DNA from: Bacteroidia bacterium
Lineage (GTDB): Bacteria; Bacteroidota; Bacteroidia; Bacteroidales; GCA-2748055
Assembly (NCBI GenBank): GCA_030639005.1
Contig: DAOWDN010000057.1
Span: forward strand, 847 to 64,846
Reading direction: 5' to 3'
DNA length: 64,000 bases
The notes under the pieces were generated by a model that searched no databases, was not told the DNA's origin, and saw nothing but the letters and a program-made list of their open reading frames with translations. A program made the position numbers and the translations under genes. Positions 18,013 through 26,232 of the stretch are shown piece after piece; position 1 is the first letter of the stretch; every line of letters starts with the position of its first letter.

Positions 18013-18060
18013 GTCGAAAGTCAAAAGTCTAAAGTCGAAAGTTAAAAGTTAAAAGTTAAA
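18013..18060 (+). repeat. Tandem heptamer array (GTCNAAA/GTTAAAA), 7 units
   Basis: The units are GTCGAAA GTCAAAA GTCTAAA GTCGAAA GTTAAAA GTTAAAA GTTAAA. The array starts 4 nt after the SRAP start codon and occupies most of the short divergent SRAP / Lon-N spacer. Confidence 0.9.
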
Positions 18061-18101
18061 CAATATTGAAATATGAGTTGTTAAGAACTTATATCCCTGA
18101 T

Positions 18102-18704
18102 ATGGAACAGCCACCTGTCATATTACCCTATTTTCCACTGAGTATCTTTCTCTTTCCCGGAGAGGACATCCCTTTGCATATTTTTGAGCCTCGTTACAAG
18201 CAGCTTATTGAAGATGCACGTACACAGGGGATCTCCTTTGCCATCCCGTTTGTGATAGACCAGGATATACAGGAGTTTGGTTGTGAAGTCAGGTTGAAAG
18301 AGGTGGTGGCCGAGAAACCCGGTGGCAGGATGGTGATTGTTGTGGAGTCCATGTCTGTTGTTCAGATCATCAATTATAACAAAAAGCTTGAAGGCAAACT
18401 GTATGCTGGCGGGACCATACGCCGCATGCCCTGCTCTGATCCTGTGGAGAGCGAGGAGCTTCTGGGCCTTATAGAGAACTATATTGATCAGTTTGATAAA
18501 GAATTTCTAACCATGGGTGCAGAGAGTGTGATTACTCGTCAGGAAGTGATGATTGCCCTGAACCTGACTTCCGATGATAAGTACAAGTTTATCTGCATGC
18601 CCGATGCAGTACAGAAAGAGGGTTACCTGGCAGGACAGCTTCGTTACCTGGGAATGATCAGGAAACAGGAGACTTTGCTGGGTAATGACTTCGGGTTAAA
18701 TTAA
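18102..18704 (+). CDS. LON peptidase substrate-binding (Lon N-terminal) domain protein
   Basis: LPYFPLSIFLFPGEDIPLHIFEPRYKQLIED is the classical Lon-N start. ATG 18102 is preferred over the listed TTG 18066. There is no ATPase or protease domain. Confidence 0.8.
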   Translation: MEQPPVILPYFPLSIFLFPGEDIPLHIFEPRYKQLIEDARTQGISFAIPFVIDQDIQEFGCEVRLKEVVAEKPGGRMVIVVESMSVVQIINYNKKLEGKLYAGGTIRRMPCSDPVESEELLGLIENYIDQFDKEFLTMGAESVITRQEVMIALNLTSDDKYKFICMPDAVQKEGYLAGQLRYLGMIRKQETLLGNDFGLN

Positions 18705-19516
18705 GACCCGCTTCCCTTCCCGGTCATATTCAGTTTGATACGGTCCAGGTCCTGCTTAAGCCCTGCTACAGTCCGGACAAGCTGGTTTTCCGGAATTACC
18801 GGTTCGGGAATTTCGTGACTGATAAAATGTACAAACTTCCAGATCTCCCTGATCTCATTTACATTAATCTCATAAGGTTCATATATCGGATTCAGGGAGT
18901 AAAGGATCACCTTCCCCTCCTTTTCAATCTGATTTTCAATGATCTTGAAAACAATGCCATTGTCGAGGGTCAGAACCACGCATGCCTCCCCGGTCTTCAA
19001 CTCTTTCCAGTCCAGTACATATTCACCTGTAACCCATGCTTTTTCCGGGATTGGGAGCATAGAGTCACCCTGTAGCTGGAAGGTCCTGTATTTCTTCTCT
19101 TCTGAAAGAAAAGGGAGCCGGAACACCTGCAATTCACTGATGTATTCAGGATCAGAGAACCCATTGGTATAACCCGCCTGGGCTTTTACAGGAACCAGCT
19201 CTATATTTTCCTGGTTGTCGGTATTTACTGTGGAAGCGAGCACCCTGAGGTTACCACCCCTGAGGAACACATCCTCCCCGTGTTCCAGCTGTCTCAGCTG
19301 GGTTTCACTCAACTTCCCGAGGTCCACTTTCAGGATCGTATCCACCGAAATCTTATAATAGGCCGAAAAGAGGAGGAGAATGTCCAGTCCGGGCTGCGCT
19401 ACCCTGTTTTCATAACCACTCAATGTGGAGCGCTTCATTTTGAGCTGTTCTGCCACTTCATCCTGCGTGAGGTTTTTACGCTTTCTCAGCAGTTTAATGT
19501 TTGAATCAAAATACAT
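18701..19516 (-). CDS. XRE-family HTH + S24 peptidase repressor (LexA-like / CI-like)
   Basis: N-terminal HTH (LTQDEVAEQLKMKRSTLSGYENR). A candidate Ala-Gly cleavage site lies in VKAQAGY. The S24 Ser motif is GDSMLP, with a downstream Lys (IVFKII). It is divergent from dinB-dnaE2. Confidence 0.85.
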   Translation of the reverse strand: MYFDSNIKLLRKRKNLTQDEVAEQLKMKRSTLSGYENRVAQPGLDILLLFSAYYKISVDTILKVDLGKLSETQLRQLEHGEDVFLRGGNLRVLASTVNTDNQENIELVPVKAQAGYTNGFSDPEYISELQVFRLPFLSEEKKYRTFQLQGDSMLPIPEKAWVTGEYVLDWKELKTGEACVVLTLDNGIVFKIIENQIEKEGKVILYSLNPIYEPYEINVNEIREIWKFVHFISHEIPEPVIPENQLVRTVAGLKQDLDRIKLNMTGKGSGS

Positions 19517-19553
19517 GTTAAAACATCTTTTTTTTATTGCATGGGAAGACTTA

Positions 19554-19584
19554 TATGATTATATTGTAATCATAATAATGATTA
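19554..19584. promoter_or_regulatory. Candidate operator: three ATGATTA half-sites in alternating orientation
   Basis: TATGATTA (19554-19561) and TAATCATA (19567-19574) form a perfect 8-bp inverted repeat with a 5-nt spacer. A third ATGATTA lies at 19578-19584. The site is 38-68 nt upstream of the repressor start codon. Confidence 0.4.
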
Positions 19585-19653
19585 ATATCTAATCAAAGAT
19601 AAAAAAAGTTAATAAGCTGGCAAGTTAATGGGTTATTTTTTTCACTAACACAT

Positions 19654-19699
19654 TAACGCGAGCGAAGTGAGCATACTAACGCGAATGAAATGAGCATCA
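19654..19699 (+). repeat. 23-bp tandem direct repeat overlapping the dinB start codon
   Basis: TAACGCGAGCGAAGTGAGCATAC (19654-19676) and TAACGCGAATGAAATGAGCATCA (19677-19699) match at 18 of 23 positions. A further TAACA lies at 19646. Confidence 0.8.
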
Positions 19700-20955
19700 C
19701 ACGAAGTGTCGTACATATGGACCTGGATACATTTTTTGTATCTGTGGAGCGGTTGATGAACAGCAGCCTTGAAGGAAAGCCCGTGATCATTGGTGGTATG
19801 TCGGACCGGGGCGTGGTTTCAAGCTGCAGTTATGAAGCCAGGCAGTTCGGCGTGCATTCGGCCATGCCCATGAAGATGGCGCGTAATCTCTGCAGCGAGG
19901 CCATTGTGATCCGGGGGGATATGGATGCGTACAGCCGGCATTCGAGGATGGTTACCGATATCATTGCTGAGCAGGCCCCCATGTATGAAAAGGCCTCCAT
20001 CGATGAACACTATATGGATATTACCGGGATGGATCGCTTTTTCGGGTGCATGCAGTGGACCCGTGAACTGCGGCAGCGCATCATCAGGGAGACAGGTCTG
20101 CCCATCTCCTATGGCCTCTCGGTGAATAAGACGGTTTCAAAGATTGCCACCGGGGAGGCCAAACCTAATGGTGAGATTGAGGTCCCCGGTGGGCAGGAGA
20201 AGGATTTCCTCTCTCCCCTCTCCATCCGGAAGATGCCCATGATCGGGAACAAGACTTTTCACCTGCTGCGCTCCATGGGCATTGGCACCATCGGTACCCT
20301 GGGCCAGATCCCCGTGGAGATGATGGACAGCCTGCTGGGAAAGAATGGGATTGTGATCTGGAAAAAGGCCAACGGCATCGATCCCACGCCTGTGGTTCAG
20401 TACTCCGAAAGGAAATCCATCAGTAGCGAAAGAACCTTTCAGCGGGATACCATGGATGTGGCGGGATTGCATGACCTGCTCACTTCCATGGTGGAAAAGC
20501 TGGCTTTCCAGCTGCGCAAAGAGGAGAAACTCACCTCCATTGTCACGGTCAAGATCCGTTATTCAAATTTCGATACCCACACCCTCCAGAAACGGGTTCC
20601 CTATACCTCTTTCGATCATGTGCTGATGCCCATAGCCAGGGAGCTGTTCGACCGTCTTTACCAGCGGCGCATGCTGATCAGGCTGGTGGGGGTTCGCTTC
20701 TCCGGGCTGATCCGGGGCGTTCAGCAGCTGAACCTGTTTGAAGATACCTCAGCTTTGGTTCACCTCTACCTGGCAGTGGACAAACTGCGCAGACGCTACG
20801 GTTCCGATGCGGTTAAAAGGGCCAGCGGCATACAGCTTCACGACCTGGAGGAGCGGATCGCGCAATCGCAGCAACAGAAGACCACCTTCTCCCCGGAAGA
20901 GCGCCAGCAGATCGATAATCTTAAAAACCGGAGGTACCGCTACTGGCATCGTTAG
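19690..20955 (+). CDS. dinB: Y-family DNA polymerase IV
   Basis: VVHMDLDTFFVSVE and SIDEHYMDIT retain the catalytic Asp/Asp-Glu residues. 421 aa with a C-terminal extension of about 60 aa. Confidence 0.9.
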   Translation: MSITRSVVHMDLDTFFVSVERLMNSSLEGKPVIIGGMSDRGVVSSCSYEARQFGVHSAMPMKMARNLCSEAIVIRGDMDAYSRHSRMVTDIIAEQAPMYEKASIDEHYMDITGMDRFFGCMQWTRELRQRIIRETGLPISYGLSVNKTVSKIATGEAKPNGEIEVPGGQEKDFLSPLSIRKMPMIGNKTFHLLRSMGIGTIGTLGQIPVEMMDSLLGKNGIVIWKKANGIDPTPVVQYSERKSISSERTFQRDTMDVAGLHDLLTSMVEKLAFQLRKEEKLTSIVTVKIRYSNFDTHTLQKRVPYTSFDHVLMPIARELFDRLYQRRMLIRLVGVRFSGLIRGVQQLNLFEDTSALVHLYLAVDKLRRRYGSDAVKRASGIQLHDLEERIAQSQQQKTTFSPEERQQIDNLKNRRYRYWHR

Positions 20956-20966
20956 CGATGCCAGTA
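20941..20966 (+). other. Perfect 11-bp stem hairpin with the dinB stop codon in its 4-nt loop
   Basis: The left arm is tactggcatcg (20941-20951), the loop is ttag (20952-20955) and the right arm is cgatgccagta (20956-20966). No T tract follows. Confidence 0.85.
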
Positions 20967-20970
20967 GCGA

Positions 20971-21003
20971 GTCTAAAGTCTGTAAAGTTGAAAGTCTAAA
21001 GTG
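20971..21003 (+). repeat. Tandem heptamer array (GTCTAAA type), about 4.5 units
   Basis: The units are GTCTAAA GTCTGTAAA GTTGAAA GTCTAAA GTG. The final GTG is the listed dnaE2 start codon. Confidence 0.85.
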
Positions 21004-23961
21004 TATTTAAACTGTCATTCATATTATAGTTTGCGGTATGGGACCATGGCGGTGGAGACGCTGGTGGAAAAAGCAGCCGGACTGGGCATAGATGCCCTGG
21101 CCCTTACCGATATTAATAACTCCACCGGCATGATCGATTTTGTGAAGGCCTGTCACCAATACGGGGTTCATCCCATGGCCGGGATCGAATTCCGGAACGG
21201 GGACAGATACCTCTATACGGGGATTGCAAGGAACCCCGACGGATTCAGGGTACTGAACGATTTTCTCTCCTACCATAACGAGTCGGGGCTTCCGCTACCG
21301 GAAAGGGCACCCCCCCTGGAGGATGTGTGGTTCATCTATGATTTCAGCGACAATCCCTGGCAGATGAAAAAGAAGGGTGGTCGCAAATTGCGTGACCAGG
21401 AGCTGATTGGTGTACGTCCGGGCGAGGTAAACAGGATTCTTAGCTCCCGGTGGAGCCGGGACTATTCAAGGCTGGTGATCCGGCACCCTGTGACCTTTCT
21501 CAAAAAAAATGACCATGCACTGCATCGGCACCTGAGGGCCATCGACCACAACATCCTGCTAAGCCAGTTAAAAAGCGAACAGGTGGCAAATGAGAGCGAC
21601 CTGCTCCTTTCGCCCGATTTGCTTCGATGTGCTTACGATGAGATCCCCGAGATCAGGAGGAATACGGAGCGAATACTGAAGGATTGCTGGATCGATTTTG
21701 ATTTTACCACGGTGAAGAATAAGAAGACCTTTACCGGGAGCAGCCAGGATGACAAAATCCTGCTTGAGAAGCTGGCCCTGGATGGGATGGAGTATCGTTA
21801 CGGGCGCCGGAACAGGGAAGCAGTGAAACGGATCAGGCATGAACTGGAGATCATCGACCGGCTGGGTTTCTCTTCCTATTTCTTAATCACCTGGGATGTG
21901 ATCAGGTACTCCATGTCGAGGGGCTTCTACCATGTGGGGAGAGGCAGCGGAGCCAACTCCATTGTGGCCTATTGCCTGCGGATCACCGATGTGGATCCCA
22001 TCGATCTGGACCTTTACTTTGAGCGCTTTATCAACCCCAAAAGAACCAGCCCCCCCGATTTTGACATTGATTTTTCCTGGAAGGAACGGGATGAGGTACT
22101 TGACTATATATTTAAAAGGTACGGGCGAAAACATACGGCCTTTATCGGGACCATCTCCACGTTCAGGGACCGATCCATATTCCGGGAGCTGGGTAAGGTG
22201 TACGGACTTCCCAAAGAGGAGATTGACCTTCTTGTAAAGGAGCCCGAGAGCAAACAGAATGAAAACCACATTACACGAAACATCTATGAAGCTGGCAGCC
22301 AGTTGATGGATTTTCCCAACCTGAGGAGCATTCATGCAGGCGGAGTACTGATCTCGGAGGAACCCCTGACCGCCTATACGGCACTGGATATGCCTCCAAA
22401 GGGTTTCCCCACCACCCAGTGGGACATGTATGTGGCCGAAACCCTGGGCTTCGAAAAGCTCGACATCCTCAGTCAGCGGGGCATTGGTCACATTAAAGAG
22501 TGTGCTGATATTGTCCAGCGCAACCAGGGCATCCGGGTGGATGTGCATCGTGTGGATGAATTCAAAAAGGATGAAAAGGTACTGGAACAGTTAAAGTCGG
22601 GCGAGACCAATGGCTGCTTCTACATTGAGAGTCCGGCCATGCGCGGACTGCTTACCAAACTCCGGTGCGATAACTACCGTACCCTGGTGGCAGCCAGTTC
22701 CATTATCCGGCCGGGTGTGGCACAGTCCGGAATGATGCGGGAATATATCCACAGGTTTCATCACCCCGGCGATTTCGAATACCTCCACCCCATTATGGAA
22801 GAGCAGTTGAAGGAGACCTTCGGGGTGATGGTATACCAGGAGGATGTAATCAAGATCTGTCATCACTTTGCCGGGCTGGACCTGGCTGATGCCGATGTGC
22901 TGCGTAGAGCCATGAGTGGCAAATACAGATCCCGCACGGAGTTTGACCGGATTGCACAACGTTTCTTCGACAATTGCCGCGACCGGGGCTATCCCGACAC
23001 ATTGACTCATGAAGTGTGGCGGCAGATCAGCTCCTTTGCCGGCTATTCCTTCTCCAAGGCCCACTCGGCATCTTTTGCCGTGGAGAGTTTCCAGTCGCTC
23101 TACCTGAAGACCCACTATCCCCTGGAGTTTATGACTGCTGTAATAAACAATTTCGGGGGGTACTATCGTACCTGGGTCTATTTCAATGAAGCCCGCCGCT
23201 GGGGAGGTTCCATTCATCTGCCCTGTGTGAACCGGAGTGAGTACATGACTTCCATCACGGGAAAGGACATAAGCATTGGATTCATCCACCTTCAGAACCT
23301 GGAACAGCAGGCGGCACGGATGATTATTGAGGAGCGGCAGCACCATGGAGATTACGGGAGCCTGGAGGATTTTCTTGAGCGGGTACCTGTGGGACTGGAG
23401 CAGGTGATCATTCTGATCAGGATCAATGCCCTCCGATTCACAGGGAAAAGTAAAAAGGAGCTGTTGTGGGATGCCCACCTGGCGCTGGGAAACCAGAAAA
23501 AGAAGGATCCCATGAGGGAGCTTTTTCCGGTGAAACAACGAAAATTTGTCCTGCCCGAACTGGAACAGACTGCCCTGGAGAACAGCTATGATGAACTGGA
23601 GATCCTTGGTTTTGCAGTAAGCATTCCCACCTTCGAACTGCTTCAGACCACCTTCCGGGGTGAGATCCTCTCCCGCCAGATGATCGGTCACGTGGGAAAA
23701 AAGGTACGCATGCTTGGGAACCTGGTTACTGTAAAACATGTGCGTACCAAGCAGAAACAGTGGATGAACTTTGGCACTTTCCTGGATGTTGAAGGGGAAT
23801 TTTTCGATGTGGTGAACTTTCCCGACTCACTCAGGCGCTATCCTTACAAAGGCAAGGGAATATACCTGATCTATGGGGAGATTACTGAGGAGTTCGGCTA
23901 TCCGGGAATGACGGCAGCGAAGATGGCCAGGCTGCCTTACAAAGCCGACCCCCGGTATTAG
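21001..23961 (+). CDS. dnaE2: Error-prone DNA polymerase III alpha-subunit paralogue
   Basis: 986 aa with an N-terminal PHP domain (LNCHSYYSLRYGT...ALTDINN). The Pol III alpha core includes FDIDF and FSKAHSASFA. It sits directly after a Y-family polymerase gene. The start codon is GTG. Confidence 0.9.
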   Translation: MYLNCHSYYSLRYGTMAVETLVEKAAGLGIDALALTDINNSTGMIDFVKACHQYGVHPMAGIEFRNGDRYLYTGIARNPDGFRVLNDFLSYHNESGLPLPERAPPLEDVWFIYDFSDNPWQMKKKGGRKLRDQELIGVRPGEVNRILSSRWSRDYSRLVIRHPVTFLKKNDHALHRHLRAIDHNILLSQLKSEQVANESDLLLSPDLLRCAYDEIPEIRRNTERILKDCWIDFDFTTVKNKKTFTGSSQDDKILLEKLALDGMEYRYGRRNREAVKRIRHELEIIDRLGFSSYFLITWDVIRYSMSRGFYHVGRGSGANSIVAYCLRITDVDPIDLDLYFERFINPKRTSPPDFDIDFSWKERDEVLDYIFKRYGRKHTAFIGTISTFRDRSIFRELGKVYGLPKEEIDLLVKEPESKQNENHITRNIYEAGSQLMDFPNLRSIHAGGVLISEEPLTAYTALDMPPKGFPTTQWDMYVAETLGFEKLDILSQRGIGHIKECADIVQRNQGIRVDVHRVDEFKKDEKVLEQLKSGETNGCFYIESPAMRGLLTKLRCDNYRTLVAASSIIRPGVAQSGMMREYIHRFHHPGDFEYLHPIMEEQLKETFGVMVYQEDVIKICHHFAGLDLADADVLRRAMSGKYRSRTEFDRIAQRFFDNCRDRGYPDTLTHEVWRQISSFAGYSFSKAHSASFAVESFQSLYLKTHYPLEFMTAVINNFGGYYRTWVYFNEARRWGGSIHLPCVNRSEYMTSITGKDISIGFIHLQNLEQQAARMIIEERQHHGDYGSLEDFLERVPVGLEQVIILIRINALRFTGKSKKELLWDAHLALGNQKKKDPMRELFPVKQRKFVLPELEQTALENSYDELEILGFAVSIPTFELLQTTFRGEILSRQMIGHVGKKVRMLGNLVTVKHVRTKQKQWMNFGTFLDVEGEFFDVVNFPDSLRRYPYKGKGIYLIYGEITEEFGYPGMTAAKMARLPYKADPRY

Positions 23962-23993
23962 TCGAAAGACAAAAGTCGAAAGCTGAAAGTTAG
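23961..23993 (+). repeat. Tandem heptamer array, about 4.5 units
   Basis: The units are GTCGAAA GACAAAA GTCGAAA GCTGAAA GTTAG. The array fills the whole gap between the convergent dnaE2 and relA/spoT stops. Confidence 0.85.
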
Positions 23994-26218
23994 TTTTCGA
24001 ATCTTTTGATGTTCATCACTCCTTTTACCTTCTTCAGCTTGCGGATCATTGCTTCAAGGTGCTGGGTATCCTTAACAAAAAGGGTAATGCTTCCTTCAAA
24101 CATCCCGTCGTTGGAGTCGATGGAGATAGAACGCATATTCACTTGAAGGTCTTTGGATATCACATCGGAAATATTGCTTACAATGCCCAGGTCGTCCATC
24201 CCGGTGATCCGGAGGGTGACAGGAAAGAAAGCATTCTTATCCTTGTTGTTCCAGCGAGCCTTGACCACCCTGTATCCGTACCGGGAGAGCAACTGTTGTG
24301 CATTGGGACAATTCATCCGGTGAATGCTAATCCCGGAACTTATAGTCACGAATCCGAAGATGGAATCACCCAGGATGGGATTGCAGCAGGGAGATAGCTT
24401 ATAGTCAATGTTGGCCAGCTTTTCATCAATCACCAGGAAGTCGCCCGATTCCGCCGAAGCCGAACTCACCAGCCTGTCCACCGCCTTCTCTTCGATCTTT
24501 TCCGGCCTGGTTTCAGCGGGTTTCTCACTGCTGGTGAGTAATTCTTTGATCTGGAGGAGGTCCACCTTATCGGTAGCCACATCAAAATACAGGTCGATGG
24601 CATCCCTGTATTTAAAGTGTTGTATCACTCTCCGGATGCTACTGTCATCAAAATCAATTTTCCAGTTTCTGAACCTCCTTTTAAGAATCTCTTTCCCCTG
24701 TTCCGACTCTTTTAGTTTGGCTTCCTTCAGCGCCAGCTTGATTTTCGTTTTGGCCTTTGAGGTAACCACCACATTCAGCCAGTCCATTTTGGGTTTCTGG
24801 TTTTTGGAACGCAGGATCTCCACCTTATCACCATTCTTCAGGATGTAGCGGATGGGAACATTTTTTCCATTGACTCTGGCTCCTGCACAGGAGGCTCCCA
24901 CATCTGTATGGATGTCGAAGGCAAAATCGAGCACGGTGGCGTTATCAGGAAATTTTTTCAGATCCCCGTTGGGTGTGAATACAAAGATCTCTTTGCTGAA
25001 CTGGCTCAGCTTCAGATCTTCCATCAGATTGGAAATCTCAAGCTCTGAATTCTCCAGGGTCTCCCTCACCCGCTCGATCCACTGGTCTATGCCGGCTTGC
25101 CCCTTGAGCCCTTTGTATTTCCAGTGTGCTGCCAGCCCTTTCTCTGCAATCTCGTTCATGCGGGTGGTCCTGATCTGCACCTCCACCCATTCACCCCCGG
25201 GAATTACCACCGTGGTGTGAAGCGACTCATACCCGTTGGATTTCGGCATGGAGATCCAGTCCCGCAAACGTTCCGGATTGGGTTGATAGTGGTCAGTGAT
25301 GATGCTGTAGGCCCGCCAGCAGTCTGCCTTCTCCTTTTTTAACGGTGTATCGATGATGATCCGGATGGCAAATTTGTCATATACCTCTTCAAACTCCACC
25401 TTCTGCTTGCGCATCTTCCGCCAGATGGAAGAGATGGCTTTTGGTCTCCCTTTGATCTCTACACGGAACTTCTCCTTTTCCAGATCCTCCTGCAGGGGTT
25501 TGATAAAGTCCCGGATAAACTTATTCCTGCGCTGAGTCGATGCTGTTAACTTCTCTGCAATAGACTGATATGCCTCCTTCTCCAGGACACTCATGGAGAG
25601 GTCTTCCATCTCCAGCATGATGTTGTACAGTCCCAGTCTGTGGGCGAGTGGGGAATAGATAAACCTCGACTCACAGGAGAGAGCGATCTGCTCCTTCTCA
25701 TTCAGGATCTCCAGCTGCCTCATCAGGTAGAGTCGCTCTGCAATTTTCAGCAGGATCACACGGAAATCTGTGGCCAGTGTTAGCACCAGGTTCCTCATGT
25801 TCTCGGCCTGTCCCTGTATCGTGGAAGTATCCAGACTGCTTATTTTCAATAGCTCTTCTACCACATTGGCCGTGCGCTCCCCAATTTCGGACCTGATCTC
25901 CTCCAGTGGAATGTTCTTCTGCTCCACACAATGTATCAGAAGTGCAGCAGATACTCCGATGGCATCCAGTCCAAGTTCTTTGACGGTCATCCGGGCCAGG
26001 CCGGCAGCGTATTCCACAAGATGGATCCCCTTGAAACCGGTGGTCTCCTCTGAGCGTGACAACAGGAACTCAAAAGATTTTCTTACCAGTCCAAGCTCCG
26101 ATTTGTCAAACTCACCGCCACAAATGCGTATCAAGCCCCTGAATTGAGAGAGAATCTGTTTTTGCATTGCTTCGGGATATCGTTCAATGAGTTCCATGCC
26201 CAATGTATCGCATGGCAA
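23990..26218 (-). CDS. Bifunctional RelA/SpoT family (p)ppGpp synthetase/hydrolase
   Basis: 742 aa. It has an HD-type region, a synthetase region (RPKAISSIWRKM...YESLHTTV), a TGS-like segment and a C-terminal ACT-like region. The true start may be Met8 (26197). Confidence 0.9.
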   Translation of the reverse strand: MPCDTLGMELIERYPEAMQKQILSQFRGLIRICGGEFDKSELGLVRKSFEFLLSRSEETTGFKGIHLVEYAAGLARMTVKELGLDAIGVSAALLIHCVEQKNIPLEEIRSEIGERTANVVEELLKISSLDTSTIQGQAENMRNLVLTLATDFRVILLKIAERLYLMRQLEILNEKEQIALSCESRFIYSPLAHRLGLYNIMLEMEDLSMSVLEKEAYQSIAEKLTASTQRRNKFIRDFIKPLQEDLEKEKFRVEIKGRPKAISSIWRKMRKQKVEFEEVYDKFAIRIIIDTPLKKEKADCWRAYSIITDHYQPNPERLRDWISMPKSNGYESLHTTVVIPGGEWVEVQIRTTRMNEIAEKGLAAHWKYKGLKGQAGIDQWIERVRETLENSELEISNLMEDLKLSQFSKEIFVFTPNGDLKKFPDNATVLDFAFDIHTDVGASCAGARVNGKNVPIRYILKNGDKVEILRSKNQKPKMDWLNVVVTSKAKTKIKLALKEAKLKESEQGKEILKRRFRNWKIDFDDSSIRRVIQHFKYRDAIDLYFDVATDKVDLLQIKELLTSSEKPAETRPEKIEEKAVDRLVSSASAESGDFLVIDEKLANIDYKLSPCCNPILGDSIFGFVTISSGISIHRMNCPNAQQLLSRYGYRVVKARWNNKDKNAFFPVTLRITGMDDLGIVSNISDVISKDLQVNMRSISIDSNDGMFEGSITLFVKDTQHLEAMIRKLKKVKGVMNIKRFEN

Positions 26219-26232
26219 AAGTAGTTATTTTA

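Noticed and set aside
18013-18060. The heptamer arrays might be a miniature CRISPR array or REP/MITE elements.
   Set aside because: The units are 7 bp, directly abutting with no spacers, not palindromic, and have no terminal inverted repeats. They are simple tandem repeats.
19690-20955. The Y-family polymerase next to dnaE2 might be the catalytically inactive ImuB.
   Set aside because: The catalytic acidic residues are present (MDLDTFF and SIDE), so it reads as an active DinB/Pol IV-type enzyme. Kept as dinB, with the cassette oddity reported as a finding.
21883-23739. Long minus-strand ORFs inside dnaE2 (21883..22548, 221 aa; 22591..23739, 382 aa).
   Set aside because: They lie entirely within the well-supported dnaE2 frame, have no recognisable motifs, and their composition is typical of antisense shadow ORFs.
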